A DNA stretch of 64,000 bases from Thermoanaerobaculales bacterium (lineage in GTDB: Bacteria > Acidobacteriota > Thermoanaerobaculia > Thermoanaerobaculales > Sulfomarinibacteraceae), in the NCBI GenBank assembly GCA_025456145.1, contig JALOLD010000003.1, positions 18,209 to 82,208 on the forward strand, given 5' to 3'. Made by a program: the position numbers and the translations under genes. Shown one piece after another: positions 33,203 to 41,052 of the stretch. Below the pieces are notes generated by a model. That model had not been told where the DNA came from. It made no database searches and saw only the letters and a list, made by a program, of their open reading frames with translations. Within the stretch, counting starts at the first letter, position 1, and each line of letters starts with the position of its first letter.

Positions 33203-34180
33203 ATGCCCGAGGCGCCCGAGCTCAGCGTCGTGATCCCTGCCATGAACGAGCAGGACAACGTCCGCGAGATGTACGAGCGGCTCGTCGCCGCCGTCGGGCC
33301 GGTGGTCGACGGGCTCGAGATCGTCTGGGTCGACGACGGCTCGAGCGACCGGACCTGGGCCGAGATCGGCCGGCTCGCGGCCGAGGACCCGCGCGTCCGC
33401 GGCCTGAGCTTCTCGCGGAACTTCGGCCACCAGGCGGCGGTCACGGCGGGGGTCGACGCGGCGCGGGGCCGGGCGGTGGTCATCATCGACGCCGATCTCC
33501 AGGACCCTCCCGAGGTCATCCCGGAGATGATCGCCAGATGGCGCGAGGGCTTCGAGGTGGTGTACGGCCAGCGCGTCGCCCGCGAGGGCGAGACCTGGTT
33601 CAAGAGGCTCTCCGCGACGGCCTTCTACCGCGTGCTCCGCCGCTTCGCCCACATCGAGATCCCGCTCGACACCGGGGACTTCCGCCTCATGGGACCGAGG
33701 GCCCTCGCCGCCTACCGGGCCCTCCCCGAGCACAACCGCTTCGTCCGCGGCCTGGTGAGCTGGATCGGCTTCCCCCAGGCGCCGGTCCGTTTCCGGCGCC
33801 AGCCGAGGGTGCGCGGCGAGACCAAGTACCCGCTGTCGAAGATGGTCAAGCTCGCGATGAGCGGTTTCACGTCCTTCACCTTCGTTCCGCTGCGTACGGC
33901 GAGCTGGCTCGGGTTCACGGCGGTCGGCTTCGCCGTCCTCTACCTCGTTCTGCGAGCCGGCCTGGCGGTCGCCGGGTCGCTGAGCTTCGGCTCGGCCGGT
34001 CTGTTGGCCGCGATGTTCTTCCTGGGTGGCGTCCAGCTGATCGCCATCGGCGCCCTCGGCGAGTACATCGCACGGATCTTCGAGGAGTCCGTGCGACGGC
34101 CGCTCTACCTCATCAAGGAGCACACCGACGGCGCGGACTACGTGACGCCGCCCGTTCGACAGTCGACCGTCGACAGCTGA
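33203..34180 (+). CDS. GT2-family polyprenyl-phosphate glycosyltransferase (ArnC/DPM1-like)
   Basis: Motifs are LSVVIPAMNE, VWVDDGSSDRT, IIDADLQDPPE and GDFRLM, plus two C-terminal TM helices. ATG 33203 is preceded by GGGGAGG. Confidence 0.88.
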   Translation: MPEAPELSVVIPAMNEQDNVREMYERLVAAVGPVVDGLEIVWVDDGSSDRTWAEIGRLAAEDPRVRGLSFSRNFGHQAAVTAGVDAARGRAVVIIDADLQDPPEVIPEMIARWREGFEVVYGQRVAREGETWFKRLSATAFYRVLRRFAHIEIPLDTGDFRLMGPRALAAYRALPEHNRFVRGLVSWIGFPQAPVRFRRQPRVRGETKYPLSKMVKLAMSGFTSFTFVPLRTASWLGFTAVGFAVLYLVLRAGLAVAGSLSFGSAGLLAAMFFLGGVQLIAIGALGEYIARIFEESVRRPLYLIKEHTDGADYVTPPVRQSTVDS

Positions 34181-34357
34181 CAGCTTCGTCGCAGGATCTC
34201 TCCACTGCCGCGCATCGAGCCTCCGGTGTCGCGCGGCGTATTCTCGCGTCCGCAGCTGAAACACAGAAATCACGAGCACGGCAATGAAACGCGAAGACCT
34301 CGCGGAAGGGCGGCGATGAACTGTCGACTGTGAACGGTCGACTGTCGACCCGCCGCG

Positions 34358-35560
34358 TCACTCCCAGACCTTGAGGACCTCGATCTCGGAGAGCGGTACG
34401 CGGTCGACGTAGTACAACGCGCCGCCGCGCACCGTCGTGTCCTCGTCGAGCAGGAGCTCGAGACCGTCGACATCCTTGATGATCGAGGCCCGAGTCGACC
34501 CGTCCTTGAAGATGACCGTGACCCGGGCGCCGGCAGCCGCCCGGATGGCGGCGGTCTCCGACGGTCGGATGAAGCGGAACCGGTCCAACCGTGCGTGACG
34601 GGCCCTCGTCTCCTCGATATTCAGGGTCTCGAGCCCGAAGCGGATCGCCAGCCCCTCGGCGCGGCCGAGGGTGAGATCGGCGACCTCCCAGAGGCCGCTC
34701 TCGGCGGCGCTGTCGGCCCTCGCGACGAGGAGGTCGACGAGCTGTTGGGCGGTGCCGAGCACGGTCTGGTGGTCGGGGTCGACGAGGGCGGCCCGCGAGA
34801 GATGGTCGACGACCGCGTCGACGTCGCCCTCGACCAGGGCGAGCCGGGCCCGCCCGACCTCGGTGGCGAGCACCGCGCCGGGCGCGGGCGTCCGCTCGGC
34901 GTCTCGAGGGGCGGGGGTCGGAGTGGAAGGTTGCACGAGTGGGGGAGTCGGGCTCGGGATCGCGGGCGCCGCCAGGACCCGGGGCCGTCCGCCGAGCTCG
35001 TGACGGGCGATGATCGCCACGCACACCGCCAGGGCGGCGACGAAGACGACGATCACCCCGGCCAGCGGTCTCGGGATCGCCCAGCGCGAGGGCTCCTCCG
35101 GCCCGGCCTCGTCCTCCCGGCGATCGTCTTCGTCCCGGCCGGCGGTGCGGTCCCGGTCGCGCTCGACGGCGGCCTGCGCCTCGGGGCGCGGGACCCACGG
35201 TGCCGCCGTCTCGCCCGGCGCCGCGAGCTTCTCGAGCAGGCGCTCGACGTGCGCCACCTCCTTGGCGACCGAGAGAAAGCCGTTGCTCTCGAAGAACCGC
35301 TCGACCGCGAAGAGCTCGCGGGCGAGAGCGGCGAACGGCGGCGGCTCGGCGTCGGGCTCGTCGGCATCCCCGAGACGGTCGAGGATCGCGGTCAGCCGGC
35401 GGTCGACGTCGTCCGCCTCCCGGTTGCGGGCGCCGGCCGACCGACACTTTCTCTGGATGTCGGTGAGGCGGACGATCACCGGCCGCAGATCGCGGTCGGT
35501 GGCGGCGCCGTTCGTCGTTTCTCGGTCGTTCATGGCTCCCAGGGCCCCCGGCGCGATCAT
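34358..35560 (-). CDS. Hypothetical bitopic membrane protein (acidic cytoplasmic N-terminus, one TM helix, periplasmic C-terminal domain)
   Basis: The ORF has reasonable composition and the TM helix PLAGVIVVFVAALAVCVAIIA. I recognise no family. The start is uncertain (ATG 35560 or ATG 35533). Confidence 0.6.
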   Translation of the reverse strand: MIAPGALGAMNDRETTNGAATDRDLRPVIVRLTDIQRKCRSAGARNREADDVDRRLTAILDRLGDADEPDAEPPPFAALARELFAVERFFESNGFLSVAKEVAHVERLLEKLAAPGETAAPWVPRPEAQAAVERDRDRTAGRDEDDRREDEAGPEEPSRWAIPRPLAGVIVVFVAALAVCVAIIARHELGGRPRVLAAPAIPSPTPPLVQPSTPTPAPRDAERTPAPGAVLATEVGRARLALVEGDVDAVVDHLSRAALVDPDHQTVLGTAQQLVDLLVARADSAAESGLWEVADLTLGRAEGLAIRFGLETLNIEETRARHARLDRFRFIRPSETAAIRAAAGARVTVIFKDGSTRASIIKDVDGLELLLDEDTTVRGGALYYVDRVPLSEIEVLKVWE

Positions 35561-35629
35561 CCTACCATCGGACGGTCCGGCGGGGCGTGGCCGCGCCGAG
35601 GCGGTACAATCGGCGGCGGAACGGCTGCG

Positions 35630-37705
35630 ATGGCGACCCTAGCCCAGGTTTTTCACGAGCTGTCCGCTACGGCCGACGATGCCTCCGCGTCGGTCGCGCA
35701 GCCGCGGCGGACCGGCCGGGTCGCGCTCCTCGCGACGGCCGCCCTGGTCCTCGTCCTCGCCGTGGGTTGTGCCGAGCGAGACGTCGGCGACCTTCCGGCG
35801 ATTCGCGAGCGCGGCGAGCTCCGGGTGGCGGTCCGTCCCGGCTTCCGCTCGGCGCCCGCCGGCCGGGAGGTCCTGGTCGAGCAGCTCGCGGCCCGCCTCG
35901 GCGTCGGAGTCCGGTGGGTCGAGCCGGCCGGCCACGACCAGCTCGTCGAGTGGCTCGAGAAGGGCCGGGCCGACCTGGTGGTGTCGCGCCACTCTCCCGT
36001 CTCGCTGATCGGAACCTCCGCGGTGGCGTCGACGCCGGTCGAGTGGGTCGACGAGGTGGTGATCGTCAGCGGCTCGATGCCCGACCTCGACCTCGCCGAT
36101 CTCCGCGGGGGCGCGGTCCACCTGCCGCTCTCGGCGCTCACCCCGGCGCTCGAGGCGGGGCTGGCCGAGCGCGGCCTGTCGATCGTCGCGGCCCCCGAGG
36201 AGATGCCGCTCGAGGTCCTGGTCGCCGAGGTGGCGGCGGGTCGGGTTCCGGCGGCGGTGGTCGACAGCGGGGTGCTCGAGGCGTCGACCGAGGTCGACGC
36301 GGTCCAGACCGTCGGGCCGCCCCTGCTCAGGAGGCCCGTCGTCTGGTCGGTGCGGGGAGCCAACGGTCAGCTTCGACGCGCCGTCGACGACTTCCTGTTC
36401 GCCGAGGAGGTGCTGGCACGAAGCACACCGATCGCGGCCTGTCTCGATCTCGGGGGGATCCGGCGGGCTCGGGTGCTCCGGGTGGTGACCCGCAACTCGC
36501 CGACCACCTGCTTCGTATCGAGGGGCGGTCTCGAGGGCTTCGAGTACGAGCTCGCCGTGGCCTTCGCGCGCGAGCTCCGCCTGCGCCTCGAGCTGGCGAT
36601 CCCGCCCCCCGGGGTCGACCCGGTGGAGTGGTTGGAGCAGGGCTTCGGCGATCTGGCGGTGCTCCACGAGCCCGCGCCGCCGTCGGTCGAGCGGCGCTTC
36701 CTGGTCAGCCGACCCTATCGCGAGGTCGACCTGGTGAGCGTCGTCGCGGGTCGGGCGAACGCCGCGTTCTCGGTGGACGACCTCGCGGGGACCGCGGTCG
36801 CGGCGTCGCCGGGCGTCGCCGAGATGGTCGGGCTGATCCCGCTCGAACCCCAGATCGGACGTGTCCCTGCGGAGGGCGACCTCGAGGCCTTCGGCGCGCT
36901 GCAGCTGGTGGCCCGCGGCGCCGCCGCGGTCGCGGTGGTCGACAGCGACGCCGCGCGGCTCGGCGTCGAGGGCGACGGCGGTCTGCAGATCGGCCCGGTC
37001 GTGGTACCGGGTGCCGGTCTGGTGTGGCTGGTCAACGCCTCGTCGTCCGAGCTGGCCGCCGCGGTCGACGGCTTCCTCGATCGGGCGAGCTCCTCCGGGC
37101 TCATCGCACAGCTGGCCGCCAAGAACCTGGGGCGCTGGCTGCCCGAGGTGTCGCCGCGCCGGCCGGTCGTGCCGGATGGCGACCTCACACCCTACGACGA
37201 GTACCTGACCTGGGCGGCCCGGCGCAACGGCATCGACTGGAGGCTGCTGGCCTCGCTGATGTACGAGGAGTCGCGCTTCGACCCCGATGCGGTCGGCCCG
37301 GGTGGGTCGGCCGGTCTGTTCCAGCTCATGCCCTCGACCTGGCTCGAGCTCGGGGTCGAGGACCCGCACCATCCCGGCGAAGCGATCGAGGCCGGCGCGA
37401 GATACCTGCGATGGCTCATCGACCAGTTCCCGGGTCTCGACCTGGCCGATCAGGTGGCGATGGCGATCGCCTCGTACAACGTCGGGCCGCGACACGTCGC
37501 CGATGCCCGCCGGCTCGCCGTGCGGATGGGGCTCGATCCGGACCGCTGGGCCGGCAACGTCGAGACCGCGATGTACCTCCTCGACGATCCCGAGGTGGCC
37601 CGCGACTTCCCGGCGGGGGCCTGCCAGTGTCGCCGCGGGGCGGCCTACACCCGGCGCATCCTCCGCCGGTACGCCGCCTACGCCGAGCAGTTTCCCCCGG
37701 CCTGA
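35630..37705 (+). CDS. MltF-like lytic transglycosylase: two solute-binding-protein-like domains plus a C-terminal SLT domain
   Basis: The lipobox-like sequence is LVLAVGC. The SLT catalytic region is LMYEESRFDPDAVGPGGSAGLFQLMPSTW ... AIASYNVGPRHV. ATG 35630 lies within ORF 34595..37705. Confidence 0.85.
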   Translation: MATLAQVFHELSATADDASASVAQPRRTGRVALLATAALVLVLAVGCAERDVGDLPAIRERGELRVAVRPGFRSAPAGREVLVEQLAARLGVGVRWVEPAGHDQLVEWLEKGRADLVVSRHSPVSLIGTSAVASTPVEWVDEVVIVSGSMPDLDLADLRGGAVHLPLSALTPALEAGLAERGLSIVAAPEEMPLEVLVAEVAAGRVPAAVVDSGVLEASTEVDAVQTVGPPLLRRPVVWSVRGANGQLRRAVDDFLFAEEVLARSTPIAACLDLGGIRRARVLRVVTRNSPTTCFVSRGGLEGFEYELAVAFARELRLRLELAIPPPGVDPVEWLEQGFGDLAVLHEPAPPSVERRFLVSRPYREVDLVSVVAGRANAAFSVDDLAGTAVAASPGVAEMVGLIPLEPQIGRVPAEGDLEAFGALQLVARGAAAVAVVDSDAARLGVEGDGGLQIGPVVVPGAGLVWLVNASSSELAAAVDGFLDRASSSGLIAQLAAKNLGRWLPEVSPRRPVVPDGDLTPYDEYLTWAARRNGIDWRLLASLMYEESRFDPDAVGPGGSAGLFQLMPSTWLELGVEDPHHPGEAIEAGARYLRWLIDQFPGLDLADQVAMAIASYNVGPRHVADARRLAVRMGLDPDRWAGNVETAMYLLDDPEVARDFPAGACQCRRGAAYTRRILRRYAAYAEQFPPA

Positions 37706-37726
37706 CCGACGCCCGGCCAGCCCGGG

Positions 37727-38815
37727 CTAGATGTTGTTCCGCTGGAAGAGGTCGCGCAGCGCGAGCAGGATCGTGGCGAACTTCGAGCTGTTCAGAAAGC
37801 TCTGGATCTCCGACTTCGAGGCCCCGTCCTTGCGCTTCTGCCGGACCTGGGAGACCAGCTCGTAGAAATCGGACAGCGGTCGCAGCTCGAGCTTGGAGAA
37901 GTTCGACTCGTACCAGCGGTTGGTCGAGACCCGGTCCCAGACGGAGGTGGTCGGGATCTCGTTGGTGCTCCAGATCACCTCGGCGATCCCGGTCACCTCG
38001 CGGTAGATCTCCCGGAGCACCGCCTGGTGGTCGCCGCTCTCCATCGCCCGCTTGACGATCGCCGAGACCGCCTCGCGGGGCGACTCCTCCGGAGAGTCCG
38101 GCTCAGCCTCGGGGGCGAGCGTCTCGACGGCATCCGGAGGAGTGTCGGTGGTGACGCTGGCAACCGGGGCAGGGCCGTTCGTCTTTGCCGCAGCTGCTGA
38201 AGCGCGACGCATCGGCGGCCGTCCGGGGGCCTCGCGGCGGGGCGCTTCGGGGGGAGGGGTGTCACCGCTGTCCGGACGCGCCGCGTCTGTGGCGCCCGTC
38301 GCGGGGGCGCGGGGCGGTACGGCGGCGGCCGGGCGCGCCGGCCGGCTGCCCTCGGGGGGTGCGGTCGCCTCGCTTCCGGCGAGCTCCTGGACGGCCCGCC
38401 GGAACCGGAGGTGGAACGAGGTCAGGAAGTTGATCTCGGCTTCGCTGATCTCGCGGGCGCGGCCGATCTTGGCCCGCATGACCTCGAGCTCGAGGAAACG
38501 GGTGTTGAGCAGTGACTGGCCCGGTGCGAGCTTGAGGATGGGGTCGAAGAGACCCGGGTTGGCGATGATGATCTCGAAGAGATCCGGGAAGACCGCGTAC
38601 CCGATGACCTCCTGGTAGCGGTTCTCGTACCAGTCGATCGAAGCCTCCTGCTCCTTGTTCTGGATCAGGCGGTCGAAGACGTGCTCGGGAATCCCGTCAC
38701 GAAACCACTCCTTGCCGTGCCTCGTCTCGAGACGGTCGCGGACCAGGGGACGGAGGTCGGTGAGGATCTCGGCAATGACTCTGTAGGCGTCGAGGTTCTG
38801 GTCTATCCAGTCCAT
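37727..38815 (-). CDS. Hypothetical protein; the N-terminal domain resembles a Swt1-like HEPN domain with a degenerate R-x4-H motif; Pro/Ala-rich linker; unassigned C-terminal domain
   Basis: RHGKEWFRDGIPEHVFDRL ... FPDLFEIIIANPGLF ... LELEVMRAKIGRAREISEAEINFL follows the spacing pattern of Swt1-type HEPN domains, but RAKIGR replaces RNxxxH. The codon usage of both globular ends is visibly less GC-rich than the neighbours. Confidence 0.6.
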   Translation of the reverse strand: MDWIDQNLDAYRVIAEILTDLRPLVRDRLETRHGKEWFRDGIPEHVFDRLIQNKEQEASIDWYENRYQEVIGYAVFPDLFEIIIANPGLFDPILKLAPGQSLLNTRFLELEVMRAKIGRAREISEAEINFLTSFHLRFRRAVQELAGSEATAPPEGSRPARPAAAVPPRAPATGATDAARPDSGDTPPPEAPRREAPGRPPMRRASAAAAKTNGPAPVASVTTDTPPDAVETLAPEAEPDSPEESPREAVSAIVKRAMESGDHQAVLREIYREVTGIAEVIWSTNEIPTTSVWDRVSTNRWYESNFSKLELRPLSDFYELVSQVRQKRKDGASKSEIQSFLNSSKFATILLALRDLFQRNNI

Positions 38816-38919
38816 GCTTTCCTTCCCGTGGCCGAGTACTGTAGCATCGCGCGGGTGTCAGGGAAAGAGACAGGTGAGTTCAATCCGCCGTGTGGGCTCG
38901 CGGCGGTGGGGAGACCCCG

Positions 38920-39333
38920 ATGAGCGACGACGCCGGCATCACCCGCATCCTCGAACGGTCACGCACGATCGCCGTGGTCGGGTGCTCGCCCAAGCCCGAC
39001 CGCGACTCCCACAAGGTCGCAGCCTATCTCCAGCGCGCCGGTTACCGGGTGATCCCGGTCAACCCGGGGGTCTCGGAGATTCTCGGCGAGACCGCCTACC
39101 CGGACGTCGTGTCGATCCCCGAGGATGTCGAGATCGACATCGTCGACGTCTTCCGGCGGCCCGAGCACGTGCCGGCGGTCGTCGACGAGGTGCTCGCGCG
39201 GGGCGCGGGCGCGCTGTGGCTCCAGCTCGGTTGCGCCGAGCCGGAGTCCGAGCGGCGGGCTCGCGAGGCCGGTCTCGAGGTCGTGTCGGATCGCTGCATC
39301 AAGGTCGAGCACCGGGCCCGCTTCGGCGCTTGA
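38920..39333 (+). CDS. CoA-binding domain protein (YccU-like)
   Basis: RTIAVVGCSPKPDRDSHKVAAYLQRAGYRVIPVNP and DIVDVFRRPEHVP are typical of the CoA_binding_2 family. Confidence 0.85.
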   Translation: MSDDAGITRILERSRTIAVVGCSPKPDRDSHKVAAYLQRAGYRVIPVNPGVSEILGETAYPDVVSIPEDVEIDIVDVFRRPEHVPAVVDEVLARGAGALWLQLGCAEPESERRAREAGLEVVSDRCIKVEHRARFGA

Positions 39334-39346
39334 GCCCGGCCCTCGA

Positions 39347-40810
39347 TCACGAGCCGGCGACCAGCGCGGCGAGATCGGGCGGCTCGGGGGCGTCCTCGAC
39401 CAGGAAGACGTGGCAGTTCTCGCAGTCCATCGGGATGACGTGCTCGCCGTCGGCGGTCGCCATCTCGTCGTCATGGCAGCGCCAGCAGCCGGGGGACTGC
39501 TCGTGGCCGATGTGGTTGGGGTGGGTCTCCCAGTTGGTGTCCATCGCCGGGAACACCGTCCGGCCGTAGGTTTGAGCGGCGGCCGTCGCACCCGCCTCGA
39601 CCAGCGGTTGCCCGGTCGACCACAGGTCGGGGTAGGTGCCGCGGTAGAACTCGAGGATCGCCTGGCGGACCGCCTCGACCCCCTCGGCGTGGGACGGGTA
39701 GTCGCCGGAGATCGCGCGCACCGCCTCGCGCTTGAAGAAGGGCAGGGCACGCAGCTCGGGCTGGTGGTCGAGAATCGCGTCGAGGGCCCACGAGGGCTGC
39801 TGGAAGAGGTGGGTCGGCCGGTTGTGGCAGTCGATGCAGTCCATGATCCGTGCCTCGGCGTCGACGACCTCGGGGGGGAGCGGCTCGTCCCCCTCGCGGG
39901 TGTAGACCCGGACCTCGCCGGCGGGAGTGGTCAGCTCGACCCAGACGATCTCCTCGCGGCGGTCGTCGGCGGCCGCATAGCGGATCCGGTTGTCCGAGTA
40001 GATGTGCCACCAGTGGATGCCGCCGTGGGTTCCCAGGTCGAGGCTGCCGCCACCGGTCTTGAGCAGCATCGCGGTGTAGGCCGGGGTGTTGGCCTCGTCG
40101 GAGGCGAACCGCGCGAAGACCCGCAGCTTGTCGCCGTGGTGCTTGCCCGGCCAGTGGCACTGCTCGCAGGTCTCGCGGGCCGGGCGGAGGGTCTCGAGCG
40201 GGGTGGCGATCGGCCGGTGGTAGGTGTCGCGGACCGTGTGCCACACCTGACGGAGCCCGTCGAGCTTGGACCGGACGAACCACGAGGCGCCCGGACCGAT
40301 GTGGCACTCGACACAGGCGACCCGGGAGTGCGGCGAGTTGGCGTAGGCGGTGTACTCGGGCTGCATCACGGTGTGGCAGGTCTCGCCGCAGAAGGCGACG
40401 GTCTCGGAGTGCTCGACGGCGAGAAACGACACGCTGCCGAGGATGACCGCGTTGGCGGCGGTGAGAAGGAGGAAGATGGTGGCGGCGCGACGCAGCTTCG
40501 GTTCATTGAAATCGAGGGTCGGGTAGGCCCGGAGCTCGGCGGCGGTCGCCCCGGCGCGGGCCAGGCGGCGCCGGCGCAGGAGCATCCCTAGGGGGATCAG
40601 CGCCAGACCGACGACGAAGAACGCCGGGAGGATGACATAGGCGAACATCCCGATGTAGGGGCTCGCCTCGAGACCGCCGAAGAGGTGGACGATCACGAAG
40701 GTCACGATGCCGATGCCGGAGAGGGTGGTCAGAGCGACCCCGGCAAGGGTGATCGGGTTGTTGGCCAGATTGAACATCCGGGCGGTGGTGCCGCTTTGGT
40801 TACGCGCCAT
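39347..40810 (-). CDS. NapC/NirT-ImcH-like membrane multiheme cytochrome c (3 TM helices, 6 CxxCH motifs)
   Basis: Heme motifs are CGETCH, CVECH, CEQCH, CIDCH, CWRCH and CENCH. There are three N-terminal hydrophobic helices. ATG 40810 is preceded by a perfect AGGAGG. Confidence 0.85.
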   Translation of the reverse strand: MARNQSGTTARMFNLANNPITLAGVALTTLSGIGIVTFVIVHLFGGLEASPYIGMFAYVILPAFFVVGLALIPLGMLLRRRRLARAGATAAELRAYPTLDFNEPKLRRAATIFLLLTAANAVILGSVSFLAVEHSETVAFCGETCHTVMQPEYTAYANSPHSRVACVECHIGPGASWFVRSKLDGLRQVWHTVRDTYHRPIATPLETLRPARETCEQCHWPGKHHGDKLRVFARFASDEANTPAYTAMLLKTGGGSLDLGTHGGIHWWHIYSDNRIRYAAADDRREEIVWVELTTPAGEVRVYTREGDEPLPPEVVDAEARIMDCIDCHNRPTHLFQQPSWALDAILDHQPELRALPFFKREAVRAISGDYPSHAEGVEAVRQAILEFYRGTYPDLWSTGQPLVEAGATAAAQTYGRTVFPAMDTNWETHPNHIGHEQSPGCWRCHDDEMATADGEHVIPMDCENCHVFLVEDAPEPPDLAALVAGS

Positions 40811-40999
40811 CGCATCCTCCTGGTCGGGCTCGTCCGGGTGTTGTCCTGCGGTCGCTGTCAGCGTCGAGGGATACTGTAGCAGGGGCCAGCGGCATCGGGG
40901 CGAGTTGCCGGAGGCGACGGGTCGACCGAGGATTGGGCGACGGGTGGCGAGGTTTTGAAAAATCGAGCCTTTGTCTCAATTCATCGTCCGGGGCTGAGC

Positions 41000-41028
41000 T
41001 TGAGAAGTCGGCTATTTGCCGATAGAGT
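41000..41028 (+). promoter_or_regulatory. Candidate sigma70-type promoter of the 23-heme cytochrome gene
   Basis: TTGAGA (41000-41005), a 17-nt spacer, then TAGAGT (41023-41028). The predicted TSS near 41035 leaves an 18-nt leader containing GGGAGAGAG before GTG 41053. Confidence 0.4.
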
Positions 41029-41052
41029 TATGTCGTGAGAGGGAGAGAGCCG

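Noticed and set aside
40950-40965. TTGAAAAATCGAG in the cytochrome intergenic region, considered as an FNR/CRP-type site (TTGAT-N4-ATCAA).
   Set aside because: Only one half-site is convincing and the second half deviates at key positions. It cannot be supported without a genome-wide motif model.
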